The notes under the pieces are model-generated. The model saw nothing but the letters and a program-made list of their open reading frames with translations. It was not told the origin of the DNA and ran no database searches. Positions 55,435 to 64,000 of a DNA stretch of 64,000 nt are shown here, piece after piece. The stretch is from Deltaproteobacteria bacterium (GTDB taxonomy: Bacteria > Desulfobacterota_D > UBA1144 > Nemesobacterales > CSP1-2): NCBI GenBank assembly GCA_052390235.1, contig JBQTHB010000002.1, forward strand, positions 96,001 through 160,000, read 5' to 3'. The position numbers were made by a program, and so were the translations under genes. Each line of letters starts with the position of its first letter. Position 1 is the first letter of the stretch.

Positions 55435-55702
55435 CTCTTATGCCTCGCTGTGGGAGTATCGCCGGGATGCTGAAGCGGATTTGAGATAAATATAAATCCA
55501 TCCATCGCGCTTTACAAAAAAGGACAAAAAACATATGTGAGGGTTAACTCAATAGCGTTTTATAGCCTAGCAGCTCGGAAAAGAAAATACGGACTGACAT
55601 TCCGACTGAGCCGCCGGCTAACTCTTCAGAGCAATCCTTGAATTTTACTTTTCTGAGAACTAAGTTTGTGAAATTTCTCAGGAGACAGCAGTTAGCCGCG
55701 GG

Positions 55703-55918
55703 TTATCTGGGCTTGCTAACCTTTGTAACTTTGCTCGCCTGAAGCCCCTTAGGGCCGTCAACAACGTCAAATTCAACGACATCACCTTCCTTTAGGGTTT
55801 TGAAGCCCGCATTCTGAATAGCGCTGTAGTGAACGAAAATATCCTTGCCACCTTCCTGCTCGATGAATCCGTAACCTTTGGATTCGTTAAACCACTTTAC
55901 TTTGCCTTTCAACTCCAC
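55703..55918 (-). CDS. csp: Cold-shock domain protein
   Basis: [27 protein letters not shown] start with AAGGAGG. Confidence 0.95.
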   Translation of the reverse strand: MELKGKVKWFNESKGYGFIEQEGGKDIFVHYSAIQNAGFKTLKEGDVVEFDVVDGPKGLQASKVTKVSKPR

Positions 55919-56116
55919 TTCCTCCTTAATTTTAATCAGTTTAATATCTCACGCTTTTATTGATTTGTCAACCTGCGCCAAAGAGAAATAAAATCCCGCG
56001 ATAAAATGATATTTTACCGCGATTTACAAGGCGGCGGGGCATCTTGGGCGGCGCATAATTTCACGCCGCAGCGGGGGGGATTATCCCGAAATCCGGGGGG
56101 GTTGCCAGAGGGAGTT

Positions 56117-56803
56117 TTAAAGCTCGCTGGATTTAGTCGCGGGCGATTTTTTACTCTCTACAGATTTATTTTTGAGATGGTTGTAGTGGGCGAGGACGCT
56201 CTCCACATACCCCCTGGTCTCGGCGTACGGGGGGATGGAGTAGCCGTGCTTAATTACGGCGTTTTCCCCGGCGTTATATCCTGCGAGGGCGAGTTTTACG
56301 TCGCCGCCGAACATTGCCATTAATTTCTTGAGGTACGCCACGCCGCCCCTGATGTTTTCCGAGGGATTGAAAGGCTCGGTTACGCCCAGGATTTTAGCCG
56401 TGCCGGGCATAAGTTGCATCATTCCCATTGCGCCTTTCGGAGAGACTGCCATGGAGTTGAAATTGGATTCGACTTTGATTACGGCTTTTACCAAATTCGG
56501 GTCAACGCCGTGGAGGAGGGCGTTATTGTTAATATCGTGGTCATATTTCTCGGAGTACTTAAATTTGCCGAGGCGTGGAGCTTTATACCCGTAGGACGAG
56601 CCTCTATAAACGCCATCGCTGATGCTGAGGCGCTTGTAGCCTCTCTCTCTGGGGGCGATGTTCGTGTAAGTGGGGACTCCGCTTTTGCTCGTCTGATAAA
56701 AGCCGCCGCCTTGCGATTCGCTGGGTGTGGCAAGGAGAAGCAAAGCGGCAAGGGGGAAAATGACTAGAATAATTATCAGTTCTCTCACTGCTTGAGTCTC
56801 CAT
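56117..56803 (-). CDS. Lytic transglycosylase (SLT domain); start uncertain (56803 or 56788)
   Basis: AVIKVESNF, AVSPKGAMGMMQLMP, ALAGYNAG, PPYAET; N-terminal hydrophobic anchor. Confidence 0.88.
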   Translation of the reverse strand: METQAVRELIIILVIFPLAALLLLATPSESQGGGFYQTSKSGVPTYTNIAPRERGYKRLSISDGVYRGSSYGYKAPRLGKFKYSEKYDHDINNNALLHGVDPNLVKAVIKVESNFNSMAVSPKGAMGMMQLMPGTAKILGVTEPFNPSENIRGGVAYLKKLMAMFGGDVKLALAGYNAGENAVIKHGYSIPPYAETRGYVESVLAHYNHLKNKSVESKKSPATKSSEL

Positions 56804-56986
56804 AGTATAAAAGAATCGCCCGTATGGCAATCGAAAATTACTTCTGAAATCGGATTTTGTCAATATTCTGCTCGACGGCCAATTGCGAGCGGCGAAAATC
56901 ACCTCGCATCCAGTCGGGGATAAAAAGTTGACAACTCGCAAAGTCGAGAGAGAATTAAGGGGAAAAAATCATCGGAGGCTTCAAAA

Positions 56987-57406
56987 TTGGAAAGAACTCT
57001 GTCAATAGTAAAGCCCGACGGCGTGGGTAAGAACGTCATCGGCGCGGTGATAGGTAAGTTTGAAGGGGCGGGGCTAAGGGTGGCCGCGCTCAAGATGTTG
57101 CATCTGTCGAAATCCCAAGCTGAGGGGTTTTACGCCGTTCACAGGGCAAGACCCTTTTTTGCGAGTCTAACCGAGTTCATGTCCTCGGGCCCGTGCGTTG
57201 CGATGAGCATCGAAGGGGAGGGCGCAATTTTGAAGGTTCGAGAAATTATGGGCGCAACCGACCCCTCAAAAGCCGCTGAAGGCACGATAAGGCGGGAATT
57301 TGCCTCGGATATTGAAAAAAACATCGTTCACGGCTCGGACTCTCCTGAGTCGGCTTTGTTTGAGATAGGCTATTTCTTCAACGCTCTTGAAATCTGCGGA
57401 CGGTAG
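56987..57406 (+). CDS. ndk: Nucleoside-diphosphate kinase
   Basis: [26 protein letters not shown]. Confidence 0.96.
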   Translation: MERTLSIVKPDGVGKNVIGAVIGKFEGAGLRVAALKMLHLSKSQAEGFYAVHRARPFFASLTEFMSSGPCVAMSIEGEGAILKVREIMGATDPSKAAEGTIRREFASDIEKNIVHGSDSPESALFEIGYFFNALEICGR

Positions 57407-57431
57407 CCACGTCTCGGCTTAGGTTCGGATT

Positions 57432-58160
57432 CTACGGGGGCGGGATTCCCATCTCGCCCCGATTCTCATCCCCCGCGCATGGATACTCTCGCAATTGCCG
57501 CCGTAAGGGGCTGACGCCGAGGTTCTTGGCAAGCTCCGACGCCAAGCGCTCTGACATCTCTCCGATGTGGATTTCGCGCCCCAGAATCTCTCTCATTGAC
57601 GTTACGCCCGCGTTACGGATTCCGCAGGGGATAATTAGCGAGAAATAGCCCAGGTCAACGCCGACGTTAAGGGCGAATCCGTGCGTAGTTATTCCATTTT
57701 TTACTGCCACCCCGATGGATGCGATTTTCCTCTCTCCTCCGACCCAGACGCCTGGGTAGCTGGCAATTCTGCCCCCCTCGATGCCATATGCTCTGAGAGC
57801 GCCGATGATGACCTGCTCCAGCATATTTACATAAGCCCGCGCGCCGAGATTGAAACTCCTGAGGCTGATTATCGGATACGCTACAATCTGCCCGGGTCCG
57901 TGAAAAGTGGCGTCTCCCCCGCGGGAAGATTTATACAACTCGACACCGCGCCGCCGAAGCTCCGACTCACCGAGAAGCACGTTTTGGGGGTTTGCAAACC
58001 TCCCGGTTGTAATCACGGGCTTATGCTCCAAGAAGATGAGAATCCCCCCCATACCCCTTTCCACTCGCCGCCGCGCGCTCTCTTGCAGTGCGAGTCCCTC
58101 GGCGTAGCCAACGATGCCGGCATAAGCCCAGTCAATTGTCCCGCTCCTGATTTCCCTCAC
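57432..58160 (-). CDS. lipB: Lipoyl(octanoyl) transferase
   Basis: LEHKPVITTG, RGGDATFHGPGQ, KIASIG, HGFALN, IIPCG. Confidence 0.94.
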   Translation of the reverse strand: MREIRSGTIDWAYAGIVGYAEGLALQESARRRVERGMGGILIFLEHKPVITTGRFANPQNVLLGESELRRRGVELYKSSRGGDATFHGPGQIVAYPIISLRSFNLGARAYVNMLEQVIIGALRAYGIEGGRIASYPGVWVGGERKIASIGVAVKNGITTHGFALNVGVDLGYFSLIIPCGIRNAGVTSMREILGREIHIGEMSERLASELAKNLGVSPLRRQLREYPCAGDENRGEMGIPPP

Positions 58161-58236
58161 GGATGTTAATTATATCCTATGCGCGCCCGCGAGCGCCTGA
58201 AGCGGTGGATGTGGTATTATTACCCGCGTTGCCGAT

Positions 58237-59238
58237 ATGAAATCCAAAACCCAGGCTAATATCACTTTTGCCGAGTTCCACAAAAAGCTCGCTCTTGGAC
58301 AGATAGCTCCGGTTTACATATTCTCCGGCGGCCAGATATATCTCATCGAGCAAGCTCTCGCCCGGCTTAAGCAAAAAACCCTGCCGGGCGGCGCGGCGGA
58401 TTTTAACTTCTCCCTCTTCTGGGGCGATTCCGTCCAGCCGGGGGAGATAGTAAACGCGGCAAAGACCTCCCCGATGCTCTCGCGCACTAGGCTTATCGCC
58501 GTAAAAAACTCAGAAAAGCTCCCTCAGAGCGAGCTAAAATCCATCGAATCCTACGCCAAGTCCCCTTCGCCTTTCGCCTGCGTTGTTCTAATCTCAGCCG
58601 AGGAGAAGAAGCTCGGTTTCGAGGGCATCGCCGGAGTGTGCGCCGTCGGATTCCGGCTTGATAAAAGAGACCTGCCGCAAGCCGTAAGGGGCGAAGCCAA
58701 AGCGCTCGGCTTTGAAATTTCCAAAGAAGCGTGCCAGATGCTGATTGATTTAGTGGGCGAGAGCCTATTGGATATTCAGTCTGAGCTTATGAAGATATGC
58801 TCGTTTGCGGCGGGCAGGGAGAAAATCGAGGCGCAGGACGTGAGAGCGCTCACCCAGAGGTCTCAATTCGAGGATGTATTCGCCCTTCTCGGCGCGGTTG
58901 TGGAGCGCAATAAAGCAAAAGCCCTTAGGATTGTCTTAGATTTGGAGCGCGACGGAGAAGAGCCGCTTTTAATACTGAACACCCTGAGCCGCCGATTGGC
59001 GCTGATTTGGCGGGCTAAGGAACTAATGGACGCGAAGATTGAGGACGCCGCCGCGCTAAGAGAGCTTAAGGTCTCTCCGGGGGCGTTTTACTATATAAAG
59101 CAGGAGGCGAAAAAGACCTCCCACGCGAACCTCAAGAGAGCCGTCGAGCTGTTTTATGAATGCGATAAGATGCTGAAAACGGGCTACGCGGCAAAGGATG
59201 TGGCGCTAACGAAGGTCGTGCTTGATTTGTGCCGATAA
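58237..59238 (+). CDS. holA: DNA polymerase III subunit delta
   Basis: PVYIFSG, DFNFSLF, PMLSRTRL, ELMKI; adjacent to rpsT as in many genomes. Confidence 0.85.
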   Translation: MKSKTQANITFAEFHKKLALGQIAPVYIFSGGQIYLIEQALARLKQKTLPGGAADFNFSLFWGDSVQPGEIVNAAKTSPMLSRTRLIAVKNSEKLPQSELKSIESYAKSPSPFACVVLISAEEKKLGFEGIAGVCAVGFRLDKRDLPQAVRGEAKALGFEISKEACQMLIDLVGESLLDIQSELMKICSFAAGREKIEAQDVRALTQRSQFEDVFALLGAVVERNKAKALRIVLDLERDGEEPLLILNTLSRRLALIWRAKELMDAKIEDAAALRELKVSPGAFYYIKQEAKKTSHANLKRAVELFYECDKMLKTGYAAKDVALTKVVLDLCR

Positions 59239-59259
59239 AACGCTGGGAGGCGCCGGGGA

Positions 59260-59535
59260 CTATGCCGGTTTTATAAGCCCCTGAACCCGCTTGGAGAGTC
59301 TGCCTATGTGCCTCGATGCGTTTTTCTGGTGAATTATCCCCTTGGAAGCCGCTTTATCGAAGGCTGAAATCGCCGTCTTCAGCGCTGCCTCGGACTCGGC
59401 TGCGTTCTTGGATTCGACCGCGCCCCTGAGCTTTTTTACTAGGGTTTTGAGCCTAGACTGCACTGAGGTGTTGCGCTCTCTTTTCTTGAGGCTCTGGCGG
59501 TGTTTTTTTATGCCGGATTTAATTCTCTTAGCCAT
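59260..59535 (-). CDS. rpsT: 30S ribosomal protein S20
   Basis: IKSGIKK, DKAASKGIIHQKNASR. Confidence 0.95.
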   Translation of the reverse strand: MAKRIKSGIKKHRQSLKKRERNTSVQSRLKTLVKKLRGAVESKNAAESEAALKTAISAFDKAASKGIIHQKNASRHIGRLSKRVQGLIKPA

Positions 59536-59715
59536 AAATTGACTGCTCCTTCAAAGGGTTAAAATTGTAGGAGGATATTTTGCTGGCAATCTTGGGATTT
59601 GTCAAATAGGCGGCGGAGGCTTGCAAATATACGCTATATATGACTTCTTGGAGCTTCACTCAAAATTTAAAATGTGGTATAGTGCCTGACTAAATTTAAA
59701 GTGGGAGAGGGCAGG

Positions 59716-60360
59716 ATGAAATTTTTTCTCGACACCGCCAACATGGATGAAATCAGGGACGCCGCAAGTTATGGCATTCTCGACGGCGTTACCACAAACC
59801 CAAGCCTCGTAGCCAAGGAAGGGGAGCAGAGGGGATTTAAAGACCTCGTCAAGGAAATTTGCGAGATTGTTCAGGGTCCCGTGAGCGCCGAGGTCATTAG
59901 CTCCGACGTAGAGCGTATGATTGACGAGGCGCGCGAACTTGCCTCCGTCCATAAGCACATCGTCGTCAAGATGCCGCTTACCGAAGACGGCATCCGAGCC
60001 ACGAAGCGGGTGTCCGACGAGGGAATTAAAGTGAACCTCACGCTCGTGTTCTCCCCGTCCCAAGCGCTTCTTGCGGCAAAGGCGGGGGCGGCTTATGTAA
60101 GTCCATTCGTGGGGAGGCTCGACGACATCTCCGAAATAGGAATGGAGATGGTCAGGGACATCCTGCAAATCTATAAAAACTACGGCTACAGAACCGAGGT
60201 TTTGGTTGCGAGCGTGAGGCATCCGGTTCACATCGTTGAGGCGGCAAAGATGGGAGCGCACGTAGCCACTATGCCCTATAAGATATTCAAGCAACTCGTC
60301 AAGCACCCGCTTACGGACATCGGTATTGAGAGATTCCTCGCCGACTGGGGCGGGAAGTAA
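59716..60360 (+). CDS. fsa: Transaldolase / fructose-6-phosphate aldolase
   Basis: [33 protein letters not shown]. Confidence 0.93.
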   Translation: MKFFLDTANMDEIRDAASYGILDGVTTNPSLVAKEGEQRGFKDLVKEICEIVQGPVSAEVISSDVERMIDEARELASVHKHIVVKMPLTEDGIRATKRVSDEGIKVNLTLVFSPSQALLAAKAGAAYVSPFVGRLDDISEIGMEMVRDILQIYKNYGYRTEVLVASVRHPVHIVEAAKMGAHVATMPYKIFKQLVKHPLTDIGIERFLADWGGK

Positions 60361-60393
60361 TACATCACCCAGGACGGGCGAGCGGGGGCATTA

Positions 60394-61146
60394 TCAATCC
60401 GGCTCGTTTCGATGCAGAGCGGCGGCTATGAGGAATTCCCTGTTCCCGTCCGCGCCGAGTATGGGCGATGGGATGACTCCGGTAATCACAAACCCCGACT
60501 CTTCGGCAAACCTCACAATTTTATCTATGACTGCCCTGTGCTTTGCCTCGTCCCTCACGATTCCCCCCCTGCCGACCTCGCCCCTGCCCACTTCAAACTG
60601 CGGCTTGATAAGCGCGACCATCTCCGCTCTTGCTTTGAGGATTTGAGCCACTGCTGGGATAATTTTCGTAAGCGATATAAACGAGACGTCCATCACGGCA
60701 ATGTCAACCGATTCGCCAATTTGCTCCGGCGTTAGGTGTCGGGCGTTAATTTTCTCCAAGACCGAGACCCGCGAATCCCGCCTCAGATTCCAATCGAGCT
60801 GTCCGCGTCCTACGTCAACGGCATAGACCTTTGCCGCCCCGAATTGGAGCAGGCAGTCCGTAAACCCGCCGGTTGACGCTCCTACATCGAGGGCGATTTT
60901 CCCTGATACCTCGATTTTGAACGCTGAAATTGCGGCTTCGAGCTTTAGCCCGCCTCGGCTTACGTATTTGAGCGGGGATTGCTTAATCTCGATGTGGGCG
61001 TCTTCGGCGACGGGCGAGCCGGCTTTATCCACCCGCAGTCCGTTAACAGAAACCACTCCTGCCATAAGCAGGGCCTGGGCTTTGGCTCTCGTGGGGACGA
61101 GTCCCCTTCTCACGAGAAGCAGGTCAATACGCTCTTTGGGGCTAAT
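60394..61146 (-). CDS. tlyA: TlyA-family rRNA 2'-O-methyltransferase (probable ATT start at 61146)
   Basis: KERIDLLLV S4 domain, YVSRGGLKL, DVGASTGGFTD, DVSFISL, LIKPQFE, GNREF. Confidence 0.93.
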   Translation of the reverse strand: MSPKERIDLLLVRRGLVPTRAKAQALLMAGVVSVNGLRVDKAGSPVAEDAHIEIKQSPLKYVSRGGLKLEAAISAFKIEVSGKIALDVGASTGGFTDCLLQFGAAKVYAVDVGRGQLDWNLRRDSRVSVLEKINARHLTPEQIGESVDIAVMDVSFISLTKIIPAVAQILKARAEMVALIKPQFEVGRGEVGRGGIVRDEAKHRAVIDKIVRFAEESGFVITGVIPSPILGADGNREFLIAAALHRNEPD

Positions 61147-62044
61147 ATCGTCTCCCTCCGAGATACAGGGCGATTCCCCTGAGAGGCTCTGCGCTGACGC
61201 CAAAACCCTGGAGCGAGCGCACTGCCCTTTCGGTAAGCTCCGAGGCGGTTTTGCGAGCCTTTTCAACCCCTAGAACCGAGGGGTAAGTGGCTTTTTTCTT
61301 TCTCGCGTCAGCTCCGGTGTTCTTGCCGATTTCCGCCCCGCCTTCGATGTCGAGCAGGTCGTCAATTATTTGAAAAGACAGCCCTACGCACTTTGCATAT
61401 TCCCGGAGCATTGCGATTTGCTCCGGCGTCGCTCCGGCGATTTTCGCCCCCGACGTTACCGAGGCCTCGAGTATAGCCCCGGTTTTCAGCGCGTGCATCC
61501 TCTCGACTATGTCGGCTGTTGCCCCGCGTCCTTCGAGAACTAAATCGAGGGCTTGGCCCATCACCATGCCGTTTGAGCCTGCGGCGAGAGAGATGTCGGA
61601 GATGACCTCTACGATGAGCTTCGAGGGGATTCCCGCCTTGGCTCCTCCTGCGGTTATAAGAGCAAAGGCATCGGTCAGAAGGGCGTCTCCCGCGAGAATA
61701 GCGGCGGCTTCTCCGAACACCTTATGATTTGTCGGCATTCCGCGCCGAAGGGAGTCGTCGTCCATCGAGGGCAGGTCGTCGTGAATGAGCGAATAGGTGT
61801 GTATCATCTCAATAGCGCAGGCGATGGGAATAGCCCTCTCCGCCGCTCCGTGAACGGCTTCAGCCGCTTCAGCCGCCGCGAGACAGAGAATGGGTCTTAG
61901 GCGTTTTCCCCCGGCGGCAACGCTGTATCGCATGGCTTCGTGGAGTTTCACGATGGAATCCTCGCTCTTGGGGAAAATTTCGGCGAGCCTTTTGTCAATT
62001 AGCTCTTTCTTCGCGCTGATGTAGTCTATGGTGTCGAACGGCAT
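61142..62044 (-). CDS. ispA: Farnesyl diphosphate synthase
   Basis: GGKRLRP, HTYSLIHDDLPSMDDD, FQIIDDLLD; follows xseB. Confidence 0.93.
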   Translation of the reverse strand: MPFDTIDYISAKKELIDKRLAEIFPKSEDSIVKLHEAMRYSVAAGGKRLRPILCLAAAEAAEAVHGAAERAIPIACAIEMIHTYSLIHDDLPSMDDDSLRRGMPTNHKVFGEAAAILAGDALLTDAFALITAGGAKAGIPSKLIVEVISDISLAAGSNGMVMGQALDLVLEGRGATADIVERMHALKTGAILEASVTSGAKIAGATPEQIAMLREYAKCVGLSFQIIDDLLDIEGGAEIGKNTGADARKKKATYPSVLGVEKARKTASELTERAVRSLQGFGVSAEPLRGIALYLGGRRY

Positions 62045-62048
62045 TGAG

Positions 62049-62270
62049 TTAATCGCCTGCCTCAAATTCTCTTTCAGCTATGCGCCCGTCGGGGGCTTCA
62101 GTTAATACGGCTATTTTTCGCCGCGCCTCGTCGAGTTTGCCTCGGCACTCGGATATTAGCTCGACGCCTCGTTGAAAACCCCCAAGCGATTCTTCGAGAG
62201 GAGTGTTTGCGTTCTCTAGCTTTTCAATAATTTCTCTAAGCTCCGAAAGGGAATCCTCAAATGATTTCAT
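62049..62270 (-). CDS. xseB: Exodeoxyribonuclease VII small subunit
   Basis: MKSFEDSLSELREIIEKLE...LEESL...GVEL...C...LDEA. Confidence 0.9.
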   Translation of the reverse strand: MKSFEDSLSELREIIEKLENANTPLEESLGGFQRGVELISECRGKLDEARRKIAVLTEAPDGRIAEREFEAGD

Positions 62271-62489
62271 AGGCGTTAGTTTAGCCTCTGTATCACATTC
62301 TACAAGAAGCTGGACTATGGGATTTTCAATTTCCCTCCCAACTGGGAATACGGCATAGATAACGCCATTTATCCGCCCCGAGGCAGGAGAGGACGTTCCA
62401 CGCATCTCGGCTTGACATAGCGCGCATTCATCGTGAATCTTAGTTTCGGCGGGATTCTGCCCCCAGTCTGCTCTTCAGAGGTTAATTCG

Positions 62490-64000
62490 ATGGACGTATT
62501 CACAGCCGCCCCGCACCGCGAGGTGTTTATCCTGATTCTCCAGATTGCGCTCCTGCTCTTTACGGCAAGGGCGCTTGGAGAGGTGGCTTCGCGCCTCGGA
62601 CAGCCGTCGGTTATTGGCGAAATTCTAGCCGGAATTATCCTTGGCCCTTCGCTACTGAGCGGTTTCATCCCCGCCATCGGCGAATTTATCGTGCCTCAGA
62701 CACAGATTCAAGGCTATCTGCTGGAGGTTGTCAGTTTAATCGGGGCTATGTTTCTGCTTCTCATCACAGGGCTAGAGACCGATTTAGCCCTCATACGACG
62801 CCACGCGAGAACTGCGATAGGGGTTTCATCGGGCGGCATTATCGTTACATTCGCAAGCGGTTTTGCCCTTGGCCAGATCCTTCCCGACTATCTCCTTGCC
62901 GACTCCGCCGAGAGGCTCGTGTTTTCACTCTTCTTGGCTACGGCGATGTCCATTTCGGCGATACCCGTGATAGCCAAAGTGCTTATGGATCTCAATCTCA
63001 TGCGACGGGACATCGGTCAGACCATAATTGCTGCCGGTATGAGCGACGACACCGTGGGGTGGATTCTGCTCTCGATAGTGGCGGGGCTTGCCGGAGGGCA
63101 GGCTTTGGGAGTGGGTAGTGTGCTGGGGATTGTGGGAAGCGTCCTTGCCTTTATGGGGCTGAGTTTCACGGTCGGCAGGGTGGTTGTGAAAAAATCGCTC
63201 GATTTCGTTCAGGATGAGGTGCGCAGTGAGTACAGGCTTCTCACACTCGTAGTGGTTTTTACTTTCGCTTGGGGGGCGATTACGCTGGGGCTAAATCTCG
63301 AAGCGGTGCTTGGGGCGTTTGTGGCGGGAATTCTGTTCGGACAGATGCCGAGGTTGCCGGAATCCGTGCATCACAAACTCCAGAGCATGACTATCGGGGT
63401 ATTTGCGCCCGTGTTTTTTGCCGTAGCCGGGTTAAAGGTCAACATCGCAACCCTGCTTGAGCCGGGACTCATTCTAATCGCCCTGCTCGTGATATTTACG
63501 GCGACGGCGGGTAAAGTCGCAGGCACGTATCTGGGGGCGCGGCTCATCGGAGGGCGCGACCACTGGACGGCTCTGAGCTTCGGCGCGGGGCTGAATGCTC
63601 GTGGAGCTATGGAGATAATCATCGCCACCATCGGGCTGTCCCTCGGCATTCTAAGCCAGGATATGTTCTCGATAATTGTGCTTATGGCTATGGTAACCTC
63701 GCTTATGGCTCCTCCGGCGCTGAGATGGGTTCTGAGGCGCGTAAAACCCACTGAGGAGGAGCTTGCGAGGCTCAAGCAAGAAGAGCTTGCTAAGGGAAGC
63801 CTCGTAGCAAATATCCACAGAGTGCTTCTTCCCGTGAGGCGAAAAACCGATAAAACCGCTTCGGCGCAGACCATAGAAGCCCAAATATTAGAGAAAATGG
63901 GGTATTCAATTGACCTCTCGGTTACATTGCTCAACGTCGCCGATGCCGGAACTAAAGCCGAGGGCATGGAGTATCTGGGCAACATCGAGGGGCTTTTTTC
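62490..64000 (+). CDS. Cation:proton antiporter (CPA2/Kef-like), 3'-truncated by the window
   Basis: Absent from the ORF track (no stop in window). Manual translation MDVFTAAPH...LGQPSVIGEILAGIILGPS, GLETD, SAIPVIAK, NARGAME. Confidence 0.88.
   Translation, partial: MDVFTAAPHREVFILILQIALLLFTARALGEVASRLGQPSVIGEILAGIILGPSLLSGFIPAIGEFIVPQTQIQGYLLEVVSLIGAMFLLLITGLETDLALIRRHARTAIGVSSGGIIVTFASGFALGQILPDYLLADSAERLVFSLFLATAMSISAIPVIAKVLMDLNLMRRDIGQTIIAAGMSDDTVGWILLSIVAGLAGGQALGVGSVLGIVGSVLAFMGLSFTVGRVVVKKSLDFVQDEVRSEYRLLTLVVVFTFAWGAITLGLNLEAVLGAFVAGILFGQMPRLPESVHHKLQSMTIGVFAPVFFAVAGLKVNIATLLEPGLILIALLVIFTATAGKVAGTYLGARLIGGRDHWTALSFGAGLNARGAMEIIIATIGLSLGILSQDMFSIIVLMAMVTSLMAPPALRWVLRRVKPTEEELARLKQEELAKGSLVANIHRVLLPVRRKTDKTASAQTIEAQILEKMGYSIDLSVTLLNVADAGTKAEGMEYLGNIEGLF

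Overview
64 kb of mostly core-genome DNA from a bacterium whose gene content looks deltaproteobacteria-like. Candidatus Dadabacteria is a guess that needs 16S placement; bpsA and G:C-reinforced 16S helices hint at a thermophilic lineage. The first ~6.2 kb is a visibly AT-richer island abutting the 3' end of tRNA-Ala(CGC). It holds a 5'-truncated unknown gene coupled to a 1621-aa DEAH helicase with Zn fingers and a C-terminal DUF1998 (DruE/YprA-like), a candidate anti-phage module. The rest is housekeeping (leuA, trpS, queCE, ispB, sbcC, fbp, carB, greA, purSQ, parAB, argH, hom, ndk, lipB, holA, rpsT, fsa, tlyA, ispA, xseB and others), a tusA-cysM-JAB-moeB sulfur cluster with no Gly-Gly carrier, and a 16S-Ile-Ala-23S operon with no 5S gene. 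Signals the ORF track misses: three genes appear to need non-canonical starts (parB CTG, ABC ATPase CTG, tlyA ATT); about eight genes have a -10 box only 6-12 nt from the start codon and no Shine-Dalgarno; the 16S carries an archaeal-type G923:C1393 pair in helix 28. All calls are by-eye motif recognition; no searches were run.
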